DNA of 64,000 nucleotides from Plasmodiophora brassicae (Eukaryota): NCBI GenBank assembly GCA_036867785.1, contig CP145417.1, positions 1,116,001 to 1,180,000 of the forward strand, read 5' to 3'. Shown piece by piece: positions 13,091 to 24,200 of this stretch (position 1 is its first letter; each line of letters starts with the position of its first letter). The notes under the pieces were generated by a model. It saw only the letters and a program-made list of their open reading frames with translations, ran no database searches and was not told where the DNA came from. The position numbers and the translations under genes were made by a program.

Positions 13091-15756
13091 GTCAGGGTCA
13101 CCAAGATTCAAGCCTGGACGCCTATCTGGAAGGGCAATTAATAGCCACAATCTTCTTTAAGAACCAACTTCTACGGCAAAAACAGCTGCATCCACCTGTG
13201 CATCCTCACTGCATCACCAATGGGAACCCCCTGCATCCCCATGAACTTGCGCCCACGGCTCCCCCGTACGGACTGCGATGCGGACACCCCTGTCAATTTC
13301 GAGGAGATGGCTCGGCATCGTGCTCAGCGTCCGAGGCGCAACCGCCCACGCCTGGCTTCTGGTATGCTTTCGCGTCGCTCGTTTGAAACGTAGCAGCTTC
13401 TCAGAGCGTCTTACTGTAGCGTTTACGCTCACTGCTGCTCAAGAAGCTGTGGTTGCGCGACGCGTTGCTGAAGAGATCGCGAAGCTCGAGCTGCAGGTCA
13501 ACGAGGAAGACCGAAGAAAGGTCTTCGGTAACAGAGTGCTTGCTGAGAATTCAGAAGCGTCTTACTACGTTCACTATCGTGGTCTCAAGCACTTCTGTGC
13601 CCTGATCGGCGACTACAAGTCGCTGATCCTGCTCGGTGACTGCATTCCCAAGTACGCCCCGTCCATGTTAGCCCGCACGATTGTACGCTACACGGACTGG
13701 AAGACCGGCGAAGAAGGATCTGCACTGCTTGACGTTAATGGCGCCTCAGTTGTCGACGTTGACGGTAACGCTGTCGTATGCGACGGGCAGTGGAAGAATC
13801 CGGGAACACTTGTCCAGTTTCTCGCCGCCGTTTCGAACGCACACAAGGCCGCGGGCATGGACGGCGTTGCTTATGCCGAGCCATGCGACCAATGTGTCGA
13901 TCTGTACGAAACGAGGGGTTCAGTCCGCGGCTGCCGCCATCATGCTGGACGGCCTGTGTTGAACCAGTGCGGAAACGTGAGGTTCAGTCAGGACGTTATG
14001 GACGCCTACGCCCGGTTGAGCAAGGTCGTCCTGCGTGGATACGTCCCCCACGGCGACTCGATGGTGTCCCCAAAAGAACTCATGGACCTTAGGAACGTTC
14101 TGATGGGCACAGGCAGGATCAAAGACATTCGTCTATGGACGATGATTCTGTTCTCGGTTCGTCTGTTTCTTCGATCTGATGAAACAGTCAAGTGCAGAGT
14201 CGGCGATTTCGTCGAGCAGCTGACAGTTGTTGATGAAGGCGTCGTCAAGCAACTGGCGGTAACCATTAAGGGCAAGCGGGATACCAACCCAGTAGTTCTT
14301 CTTATCCACCGAGACGACGACGTTCCTGAGTTCTGTCTCCTGCGACACTTGTTAGCGTGGGTCAGTTTGTCGAGAACCGGACCCAACCGATCGGTATACC
14401 TCTTTCCGCACGCCAAGAAGCCCGATAGCCCGTTCCCGAAGAGCACGTTTCTACGTAATGCTGGGAAGATTGTTGAAGCAGTGACCGAAAGAGATGGGCC
14501 GTGGGGGACTCACTGGATGCGGAAGACCGGTGGCCTGTTAGGGACCTGGGGCGGGGCGTCCGACATCGACCTCCAGCACGCGTTCCGTCATTCCTCGATG
14601 GCGATGACGTCACAGTACAAGGCGGACTCCTCAGCTCTGCTTGAGCATGCGAAGAATCAACCGTATGCCAGCTCACTGCATTGAGGTTCAGGTTACTGAT
14701 ATCATTCCATTAGGGACGACGCCATGATTCGACTTGCACCGCGATGGCGTCCCATTTACGTGGAGAACCTGCAGATGTGCGTCAATATGAATGCGCGCCA
14801 AGTAGACGACGACCTGGTTAGCCTTGCAAGACGCTTCGTCGATGATTTGATCCAGCAGGGCTGTCTGCGAAGCAGAGACCGTCTAAGCGGCCGCCATCTC
14901 TGCGCGGGTATGTTGAAGAGCCGTGCAGCTGAGGATATCCAGCAGGAGGTCGACTGCTTGGTCTCCAAGTTCCGTGACGACGGCTATAGTCGCTCGATCG
15001 ACCGGCTTCTGAGCCTGCTCGCTCGCAAGCACTCGACCCTTGAGGCAGCAGGCGCCCGTCTCGTCCCTGCGTTGTCAGAGGATGACGATGATGATCCTGA
15101 CGTTGACGAGTCCGGATCCGATGATGACGAAGTCGTCGACGGCGTGGTTGTACCTGCCGGTCGACAAGTCCCAGTTGACGGTCGCAACGAGCCCAATCGT
15201 ACCGCCGTCCTGGATCCGCGCCCTGCAAAACGACGTCGCGTAGGCGGGGACGACAACAGCAGCAGGAGTGGAACTACCCAGACGGATGCATCAAGGCCAC
15301 GAACAGGAGGTGGACGCGTCAGCAGCGCGTCATCTGCTAGGCGGACACAACGCGTGTTTGGCGAATTTGACGTCCCGGCGCGTCTCCAGCTGGCCGCTGA
15401 TCGATCGCGTCCTGATTACGCCGGGACGAAAGCTACGTTGAACATTATTCGCGAGGTTGCGGAAGCAGCGAACGACGTTCCTTCCAACCAGTTCTCCAAC
15501 GCGTTCCGCGTCTTCTATGGCCAGACTGTCAAGCCCGTGCTGGCGTGTCTCGGTGCACATTGCGGTGGCGACGAGGATGAGTTCATCCGTCGATGGGGCG
15601 CAAACTTTACCCCGGGAAGATTTTCGTCCAAGGCCTGTAACGGCGGCGTGTCGTGCAGGTTCGGCCAATAAACGGATGATGGCAAAGTCACTGCGACCGT
15701 GACGCTACTGGGTGCCAGACCGACTGGATACTGTCTCGACTGTGACTCACGCCAAA
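13089..15756 (+). mobile_element. Crypton-like tyrosine-recombinase DNA element inserted in exon 1 of the CACTA B transposase
   Basis: Host peptide ...GMQCDAAI / SEAFQNRYRNE... flanks the ~2.67-kb insert and aligns with uninterrupted GMSADHIRSAEFLRKYRNE of element A; no TSD or long TIR; boundaries uncertain by ~10 bp. Confidence 0.8.
13220..15671 (+). CDS. Tyrosine recombinase, ~780 aa, predicted join(13220..13361,13420..14662,14714..15671)
   Basis: Catalytic R (FLRSDE), K (IKGKRD), HxxR (THWMRK), H (FRHSS), Y (SQYKAD); both GTATGC...TAG introns splice in frame with no internal stop; start could instead be 13241 or 13307. Confidence 0.85.
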
Positions 15757-16210
15757 AATAGCTGCATCACACTGCATCCCGTGCCCCGACGCCGTCTATC
15801 TAGTAATTCTGTAGTCAAAATCAACGCTGGCAACCGTGCCGACATAGGAGACCTCCATCGTGAGACGCCCGTTGTTGGGACGTGGCAGCTGTATAGGATG
15901 GTTTCTCTGGAGATTAAAGACCGGATTGTTGATCGCGTCGGCAGCGAAGAATCCACCCAGAGGAAAGTTGCGGACGATAGGGTTCGGATTGTGCTGCGCC
16001 ATGACGTACTGTCTGGCAACGCCAACTCGGCGAAGACGACGCTTCAAGATGACAACCGGCGCGGGCGCGCCCGTTTCCTATTTTTACAACCGCAATTGCC
16101 AAGCCGGGAACCTCCAAAAATATGAATGGGCACTTAATCAGCACTTGCAAGCGTTGTCCCCCGGGTCCGTTTTCCAAGCGGCACTAGTTCGGCACTTTAA
16201 GTTTCCAGTG

Positions 16211-16531
16211 TAAGTGCCCGTCCGCCGAGATGGCCGCCGATTACCTGACGAAGCCCGCTCTCAGCACTTCGTTTCACGCGAACCTTATCCTGGCGGGCAT
16301 CACCGACACCAGTCCCAGGACGTGTGCTGCTGGAGGGGGCGTGTCGAACTCCATATCCAGCAGCACACTCGTGCAGCACACCGACGCTGCCACGCACTCC
16401 GCAAGTCTGGTGTCAGCGCCGCTCGCGATGATTTAACGTGCACCGCGTCTCACGTCTACGACGTTGCCCGTCACACCCAATATCTTCGCTCTATATCCAT
16501 CAATATATCTTACTCTGATTTCGTCGTTTCA
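16211..16531 (+). mobile_element. 3' end of a Ty1/Copia element: RNase H tail, PPT, LTR (16342-16531)
   Basis: AADYLTKP motif; PPT GGAGGGGGCG; TGTCGAACTC...GTTTCA nearly identical to 28628-28817. Confidence 0.85.
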
Positions 16532-16559
16532 CGAACCCGCTGCATCAGCGCCTTGCGCA

Positions 16560-17088
16560 AAGTTGTCCTTACTTTGCTTTAGGCAATGTGCTATGGAGGA
16601 CGACGCAGCTGGGCACGTTTCCAGGGAGCCAGAATGACCTGGTCTACACGATATCAGGAGACGAACATAACACCGGCCAGATCGAAGCGATTGGTCAGTT
16701 CGAATTCCCTGGCGGCCCGCCGTTCAACGTGTTCATCTGTCAACGGTAATTGGGAGAAACTGCTGTTACCCAAGTGTCTGCATTTGAATCCGATAATTTG
16801 CACAGTTGGTGGAGGATGTACGTCCCCAAGAAACTGCGAATTGGGAATCGGCGCGTCGAGTTAAAGCTGCCACGATATATTACCGGGGATGGGTTGACGT
16901 CCGGACGTGAACTGTCGCCGTTCTTCCCGATCAACCAGTCGGTTCCGGCGAACGTCGTCTTGGTGCCCACGAAAATTCCAGAGATGATCTCGCACAGTGG
17001 GTCGAACATGCGCGCCAGCTTTGTCTGTGTGCTGCCGAGGGCCAATGCGATTGTGGCGTCGTCCGTTGCATGGTCTACGAGTGGATAA
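16560..17088 (+). pseudogene. C-terminal fragment of another CACTA-type transposase
   Basis: SPFFPINQSVPANVVLVP...FVCVLPRAN matches the C-termini at 6773-6960 and 39468-39719. Confidence 0.7.
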
Positions 17089-17326
17089 GTAAACGATGTT
17101 TGGTTGTACGTCCAAGCGCGGTGCTGAAGGCTTGTAGCACATTTGTATCCCCATCAGCGCAGTCCGTGGACAGGCGGAAGAATGTATCACCAATGTGTCC
17201 ACTGATGTAGCCGATTTGAAGCTCCTTCGCAAAATTGTATCCCCGCTGTAGCCGATATGCTGCCTGTGAGAGGTGACATGAATGGCGCAATTTGCTGAGG
17301 CGGGGTCGACGATGACACGCAGGGTG

Positions 17327-17522
17327 TGTCAAGGACCATGTCGTACCACCGGCACACGGTGACGCCGTGACTGTGCGTGACTGCGTAACATCCACGGCAG
17401 AGGCTCCGCCACCTACGCCGTTGTCGGTAACGGCTTGGCAAGCCCCTGTTACATAGCGTTACGTCGCCGCCGTCTCGCGCCGATGTCGGTCGGAATAAAT
17501 CACTTCGTTATCGTCTTCATCG
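17327..17522 (+). repeat. Copia family-2 LTR, no TSD
   Basis: Near-identical to 26746-26940; right junction falls in TCGTCTTCA microhomology. Confidence 0.8.
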
Positions 17523-18795
17523 TCTTCATCAGACTCGATGTCTTGAATTCGCAGCCCGTGACTTGTCGGCAATGCATTGATCTGGTCTCGGATCCATCCG
17601 TCCAGCGATTCGTCGGTCAACGCATCTACGCCGCCGTCCAGGTCCCGGTGGTTCTCGGCGATGGCCTTCAGCTGCGGTGAAGCACAGCCGGATACCTTGA
17701 GGACGAAGTCGACGCCCCCGCAGCTCCTGCGCCTCCCTATCCTCAAAGATGGCTGCGTATCGGTTATACGCTTCGCGTAGCGCCAAGATCGATGTCGAGT
17801 CAAGGTTGTTCGCCTTTGGTAAGATGCTCGCATCGGTGTTCGTAACGATGGTGGCGCTTGTCGAGCCGCCGTTGCTGCTGCTGCAAGGCTCCATGTCGTA
17901 TCGTCGTCGTTCGGTGTCGTTCACGGAGAGTCGACGTTGACGACGTAGTGGCCACTGTAGTGTCTTCCGTCAAAACTCAGGTGACACAATAGACGAATGC
18001 CGTTTATCCATCCATCCGAGCCTCCCACATCCATCTCCGAGGTGGCTCCGATGATGCGTAGCCCATATCCCGCCACAATGGCAGATGCTGATGCTGACGT
18101 AGATATGAGGATCTAAATATAGGACCCCGGACTACACTGCCTTTTCCCGAACTCATAACCGGAGTCAGAGGAGCAGTCGACGAAAGGAGAATGACGGACG
18201 AAGCGAAGGGTAGTGTGAGGCTCGGGTGCAGAACACCCGCTACTCACTAAAAACCACCTTGTAACCCCATGGGACAAATCGGTGGAAAATCCATTTACGG
18301 ACACCTTCTTCGAGACCGTCTTCCACCTATGCATACACCATTTAGCGCATCAAGAACCTCAGTACCTTGATAGAATGCAAAGTAGCCAACGACGACATCA
18401 GCAATGGTGCGCTCGACCCATATGGGTGGAGCCCGGTCCATATACATCTAGAAGGTGTCATTCACCTAGCTCAGCGGCCGACCCCTATGGGTGGACCCCC
18501 AGCGCAACAAGAGCCTCGACAGTCAGTACTCCTTGACCAGAGTCAATCCTGCGGTGAAGAGGAACTTAATAGATGCTGCCGAATGCCTCGCGAGATTGAC
18601 AGCACGTAGTCCATCGAACAACATTGACCGTGGCGCACCTGGCAACCAGCCAGGTCAAATCGACCGTGGTGCCAAAGCAACCAGCCAAGTCGAACCGAAC
18701 ATTGACCGTGGTGCACCGAGCAACCAGCCAAGTCAAACCATGGTTACGTTGCCGTCAACCAGGTTGGATTGTCATGGGAGACCAATCCATGATCA
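17523..18795 (-). mobile_element. Gypsy remnant: 3' UTR, PPT, LTR (17956-18136), then gag start
   Basis: Reverse-complement similarity to 51400-52314; LTR TGTAGT...ACTACA; gag-like ...ILALREAYNRYAAI... Confidence 0.7.
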
Positions 18796-18983
18796 TGTAG
18801 TCAGTCTCGAGCCAATATCCCAATCAGCTTTATCCTCCATCCCATCCACGGCGTCGGCCAAGCCATCACAGTGGAGCTAAATCCGTGCAGGCCCCCTTTC
18901 CTCAGGACAGCAGGACCCCCTCCTCAGGACAGCAGCATCTTGAGGTCGGGCACGAGACGCTAAATATAGAGCCCAGCTCTACA
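18796..18983 (-). repeat. Solo LTR-like unit, TGTAG...CTACA
   Basis: Near-identical reverse complement of 52489-52674. Confidence 0.8.
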
Positions 18984-20297
18984 ATCTGTATGAAAACGGT
19001 CGGTGTTCCAAATGATTGGCAACGCGTAACCGTACGAAGATAAGCTTTTGCAGATGCCAGATACGACCGGCTCAACCTCGTCGTTGTGGCCGCTGCCCAC
19101 TTGGAATGTGAACGAACGAATCATTCCGTCCTCGTTGGTCACCTTATGCATTGAATTCAAGGTGCGTCCGCCAAGACGGTCTTCATTGTGTGATCTGAAG
19201 ATGCGATTTTGCGTGGTAGAATCTCCATATAGTGGTCCATATATCGCTCATGTTGTCCAACGAAATGCAAAAGGGCTCTACCAAATGTTTCAATGCAAGG
19301 TACAAACCCGGCGTTCCTGTATGGATCCGTCCAGTCACCTGCAACGGGGACCAAAGAAGGACAGTTGCCATGAGGATAACGATACGCAACAAGGTTTCAT
19401 ACATGCGTTTCCTCTCCGCGAACCGCAAATGAATAACAATTCCACGGACCTGTTCTGAATCCATGCCGTTAGCGTAGAGCTCAGCAACGGCATTGTACAG
19501 CTCCCGAGTCCATGCGTTCTTGCTGTCGATGACCGGGGACAATAAATATCCTTCCCAAAGAGCAACAATATGTCGTTGATACCAACGGCACGCCGCGCTT
19601 CAGACAGACCATTACTACAAAGCTTCCCGTTCGTACAACTGTGGCAAGAACGCAAATGAGGATCAGCGGCGAACGGATCAAAGCAGAAGGATTCTTTTAA
19701 GAACAGCCCATATGGGGGAAGTTGAGACCTGTCAAGCTTACAGAGCTGGATGTAAGGATCCTCTGGGCGAAAGAGTTGGACACTCTGTTTTGTTATGGCA
19801 CGGCCGCGACGGGGGTCGCGCAGCCGCGCAGTTTGAATAAACGTCCACGGCAACCGACGGCTTCGGCAGTCGGTTAATTCCGTGTTGTGGAGACAATAGT
19901 CGTCCGTCGTGTCGTCTCCTGACATCTTAACCGACTGCCGAAGCCGTCGGTTGCCGTGGACGTTTATTCAAACTGCGCGGCTGCGCGACCCCCGTCGCGG
20001 CCGTGGGTCGCGCAGCCGCGCAGTTTGAATAAACGTCCACGGCAACCGACGGCTTCGGCAGTCGGTTAATTCCGTGTTGTGGAGACAATAGTCGTCCGTC
20101 GTGTCGTCTCCTGACATCTTAACCGACTTTAACCGTTCGTCACCGTCTGTCGTCGCATCGTCTGTCGCTGTCTGTCGTCACCGTCTGTCGTCGCATCGTC
20201 TGTCGCCGTCTGTCGTCACCGTCTGTCGTCGCATCGTCTCTCGATCGTCTACCTTCGGCCTGTCCGCCCCCTTCGTTCTTCGCTCGTGTACGTCTCG

Positions 20298-21284
20298 ATG
20301 ACGGTCACGCGCTCCGGCTCGACGGGCTCGACGGCTGACGAAGCCAAGTGCCCAACGACGCCTCCCTCTCCCATCGACCCAACGACCTTGGCCGATGTGG
20401 ACGCCGCCGATCGCGCCCTCGCGGGTGCCTTACGGGCCTTCCAGATCCAACAGGATGCGTTCTTCACGGAAATGCGGGCTCGCGCTGAGGAGCAGCTGAA
20501 GATCTTTACCAACGCGCTTGCCAGTCCACACTCTACGCCGCCTACGCCCATGACCGATCCCTCGGCAACATCTGCTGAGCCGTCGTCACATGGCAACGAT
20601 CCTGTTGTCACGACGACTAAGGTGTCGTTGAGCGAATTTTCCGGCAATTCCGACGACCTGCCGGCGAGCGAGTGGCTGGCGCTATTCGCTAGCATTGCCC
20701 GCGTCGATCTCTCGTCGACCCAGCCACTGTCAGCGGGCGCTCGTGCGCTCCTGGCTAGCTGCCTGAAGGGCGAAGCGCGTTTCGTTTTTCGTCAACTGGA
20801 TGCGACCGCCTCCCCAGCCGCGTTCGCCGCGCTGCTCCGGTTTAATTTTCCAGAACCGGACGTCGAGACCCTCGAATCCCGGTTCGATGCCCTTCGTCAA
20901 ACGGGACCGTTCGATGCTCATCTGCGTCGGTTCATGTACCTGTACAACGCCGTACAGTCGGCCTCGAAGGGCGAGTACAGTCTCCCGTCAAAGCGCCTGG
21001 CGACGAAGTTCCGCAAGTCGCTCGCCCCAGAGCTTTCGACCGAGCTCTTCAAGCTCAATCCGCCGACATTCGACGCCATGGTCAAAGAGGCAGCGCGCCT
21101 GGCCCCCCTCTATGCCCCGGCACACGCGCTCCTAGCTACGGATGCCTCGCCGACCACTCGGACCAAGCTAACGCCGGAGGAGCGCGAGCGCTGCAAACGG
21201 CAAGGATTGTGCATGTATTGCCGGCAGCCCGGCCATATGGTCGCAACATGCCCACATCGTCCGCCGGGAAATGGTCAAGGGTGA
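20298..21284 (+). CDS. gag: Gag with CCHC zinc knuckle
   Basis: ALRQTG motif; [15 protein letters not shown]. Confidence 0.92.
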   Translation: MTVTRSGSTGSTADEAKCPTTPPSPIDPTTLADVDAADRALAGALRAFQIQQDAFFTEMRARAEEQLKIFTNALASPHSTPPTPMTDPSATSAEPSSHGNDPVVTTTKVSLSEFSGNSDDLPASEWLALFASIARVDLSSTQPLSAGARALLASCLKGEARFVFRQLDATASPAAFAALLRFNFPEPDVETLESRFDALRQTGPFDAHLRRFMYLYNAVQSASKGEYSLPSKRLATKFRKSLAPELSTELFKLNPPTFDAMVKEAARLAPLYAPAHALLATDASPTTRTKLTPEERERCKRQGLCMYCRQPGHMVATCPHRPPGNGQG

Positions 21285-24200
21285 CTGCTCCCGGGTTGGC
21301 AGCTCACCCTCTCTCGATACACGAATGTTCTTCGTCCTCGCAACCCGACACTGTCCTCGTCACTGCTCTTTGTTTCGCAACTGTTCATTCATCTCATCAT
21401 TTATTCGTTCCGTTTCAATCCACGGGCGATCGCCCGTGGGCGACGACGGCCCTTTTGGACTGTGGAGCGACATCTTCCTTCGTCGACGCCGGTTTCGCCC
21501 GCCGCTATGGCCTGCCACTCCGCTCCAAAGCACAACCGATTCCAGTCAAGGTTGTTGACGGCCGTCACCTGCCACCGATCACATTGGAGACGGCGCCATT
21601 GCCGTGTTCCGTCAACGGGGCCTTCCACGACACAATTGTCCTCAACGTTATTGACGCTCCGAGTCACCGTATAATCCTGGGACTGCCCTGGCTCGAACAG
21701 CACAATCCGGATATCGACTGGCTTCGTCGCACCGTACGCGAACGCATTACTCGGGGATCACCGCGTTTGTGGCTCGATGCTCGGGCCGGTGGGAACCCCA
21801 CCGGCTCTGCCGACACGGTTGCCTGCTCTGCTGACACGGTCGCCCTTTCTGATGCCACAGTCGCCTGCTCTCCTGACACGGCCGTCTGCTCTCCTGACAC
21901 GGCCGCGTTATTATGCTGCGCCGAGGGGTTGCCCGTCGAACCCGGCCCGCTTCCGAGCGCACCGCCTTTGGACATTGATCACTTCGTCGCCTCGTCGTCT
22001 CCCGTTACTGCCCAGCCGTTACCACCGGTGGGTGCTTCTCTGGTCGCCGTCGACGTTCCGGAACTAGTGCAGCCTGCGCCTGCTACTGACCAGCCATTAG
22101 TGCCGGTGGCTGCTTCTCTGGTCGACGGTCCGGAACTCGTGCCGCCCGTGTCTGCCGCTGGTCGACCAGAGAATTCCGCCGCACCGCCTGAGTCGGCGAC
22201 CGCAGCTGCCGCCACTGTTCCGCCACCGCTTCCGCCTCTTTCGTGCTTGGCACCGGCCCCCTCTTGTTCAGAACATCCCTCGGTTTCGCCGGCACGTCGC
22301 CGCGCGGGTCGACGCGCCCCTTTCGCCTGCTCAGGGCGCAGCAGTCCACACGGGTCACTCGCCTCCCAGCTGTGTGCGCTCGTGGGGCTGGTCGCCCTCC
22401 TGGTATTGATCGCCAACAGCTCCGCCCCGAGACGTGCGCCTTCCATGCTTCCGGATCCCTGCGTCATCGACAACGCCTTGCTGACTTCCGTGCCACAGGC
22501 CTCCACGTCGTCGTCGGTTGGAACGGATCCGTCGACTACGGAGCCGCCAGGCGGACCTGTGGAGCCGCTCTCCATCGCGTTTGTTTCCGCCGAACCGTTC
22601 TTAGACGACGTGCAAGACGGCGCAGACTGCTATGCCATCCACTACACATGGTCACCGTCCGATTCCGCTGCCCACGCCGCGGAACTACCGCCGCAATATC
22701 AGGAGTTTACTGACGTGTTCGATAAGGCGAACTCAACGACTCTTCCTGATCACCGATCGTTCGACTGTCCGATTGACCTGAAACCTGGTGGCGACCCGCC
22801 GTATTGCCGTCTGTACGGGCTGTCACCCCGGGAACAAGAAGCCTTGAAGGAGTATCTCAGGATCAACCTGGAAGCTAATCTCATTCGTCCATCCCGTTCA
22901 TCGGCGGGCGCCCCAATTCTGTTCGTCAAGAAGAAGGACGGTAGTCTTCGCCTGTGCGTAGATTACCGTGGTCTAAACTCTGTTACTATCAAGAACCGAT
23001 ATCCGGTTCCACTTATCGACCAGCTCTTGATCCAGCTCGGCTCCGGAACAATCTTCACGAAAATCGACCTCCGCAGCGCCTATAACCAAGTTCGGATCCG
23101 AGAAGGCGATGAGTGGAAGACGGCCTTCCGCACGCCGTACGGCTTGTTCGAGTACTTAGTCATGCCGTTTGGCTTAGCCAACGCGCCGGCCTCCTTCCAG
23201 TACTTCATGAACGAGACGTTCAAGGATTTCCTTGATGTATTTGTGGTAATCTACTTGGACGACATCCTGATCTACTCATCGACTCCCGAGGACCATGAAC
23301 GCCATGTCCGTCTCGTCCTACACCGACTCCGCACTGCTCAACTCCACGCTAAACTGGAGAAGTGCGTCTTCAATACGGTCGAAGTGGAATTTTTAGGTTT
23401 CTTGGTGTCCTCCTCCGGGATACGGGTTGACCCCTCCAGGATCGATTGCATTCTCTCGTGGCAACAGCCGACCGACGTCCACGGGGTGCAGGTGTTTCTC
23501 GGGTTCGCTAACTTCTATCGCAAGTTCGTTCCCCACTTCGCAGAGCTGGCCTTACCGCTGACAAATCTCACGCGTGATAACGTGCCGTTTCGTTGGGATC
23601 AATCGGCAGACGCCGCATTCACGGCGCTCAAGGTTGCTTTCACGTCAGCCCCTGTCCTTGCTCATTTCGACCCAGATCGCCCGTGCGAAGTGGAAACGGA
23701 TGCTTCCGATTTCGCGGTGGCAATGGTCTTGTCGCAGCGGGGCCCCGATGATGAACTTCACCCGTTGGCATTCTTCTCGCGCAAGCTCGCGCCTACTGAG
23801 ATCAATTTTCCTATCTACGACAAGGAACTTCTCGCGGTCGTCCAGACCTTCGAAAAGTGGCGTCAGTTCCTGGACTCATCGCGACACCAGACCGTCATCC
23901 ACAGCGATCATCGGAATCTGGAATACTTCACCAGCACTCACAAACTGAATCGTCGTCAAGTCCGATGGTCCCAACTGCTTAACGAATTTGATTTCGTTAT
24001 CCAACACCGACCAGGCCGTCTTCATGGCAAGGCGGACGCCCTGACTCGTCGCCCCGAATACGCGCCTTCTGATCAGGATGAGGTTGTGCTCCAGCAGTCA
24101 CTCCTGCTCCTTCCAGCGTCGCGGCTCGGGCCAGGACCCCTACAGGAGGTCCAGATCAACGTGGCCGATACTACAACCGACGCACTCCTCGATCGTATCC

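Larger units (their letters stand above)
4946..16210 (-). mobile_element. CACTA element B (left end lost), host to CACTA A and the YR element
   Basis: Right TIR ...CGGCACTAGTTCGGCACTTTAAGTTTCCAGTG ends at 16210; transposase pieces rejoin across both insertions. Confidence 0.8.

Noticed and set aside
13220-15671. DIRS/Ngaro retrotransposon or prophage integrase
   Set aside because: No RT/RNase H or phage genes within the insert; the gene has spliceosomal introns
4946-16210. CACTA element natively encoding a tyrosine recombinase
   Set aside because: The YR segment interrupts the transposase first exon, so it is a secondary insertion
5235-16210. One CACTA element spanning 5235-16210
   Set aside because: Flanks CGC and TAA do not match; 5235 pairs with 10654 (TSD CGC)
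20140-20245. CGTCTGTCGTC repeats as a satellite or telomere-like tract
   Set aside because: Confined to the Gypsy 5' leader; simple low-complexity expansion
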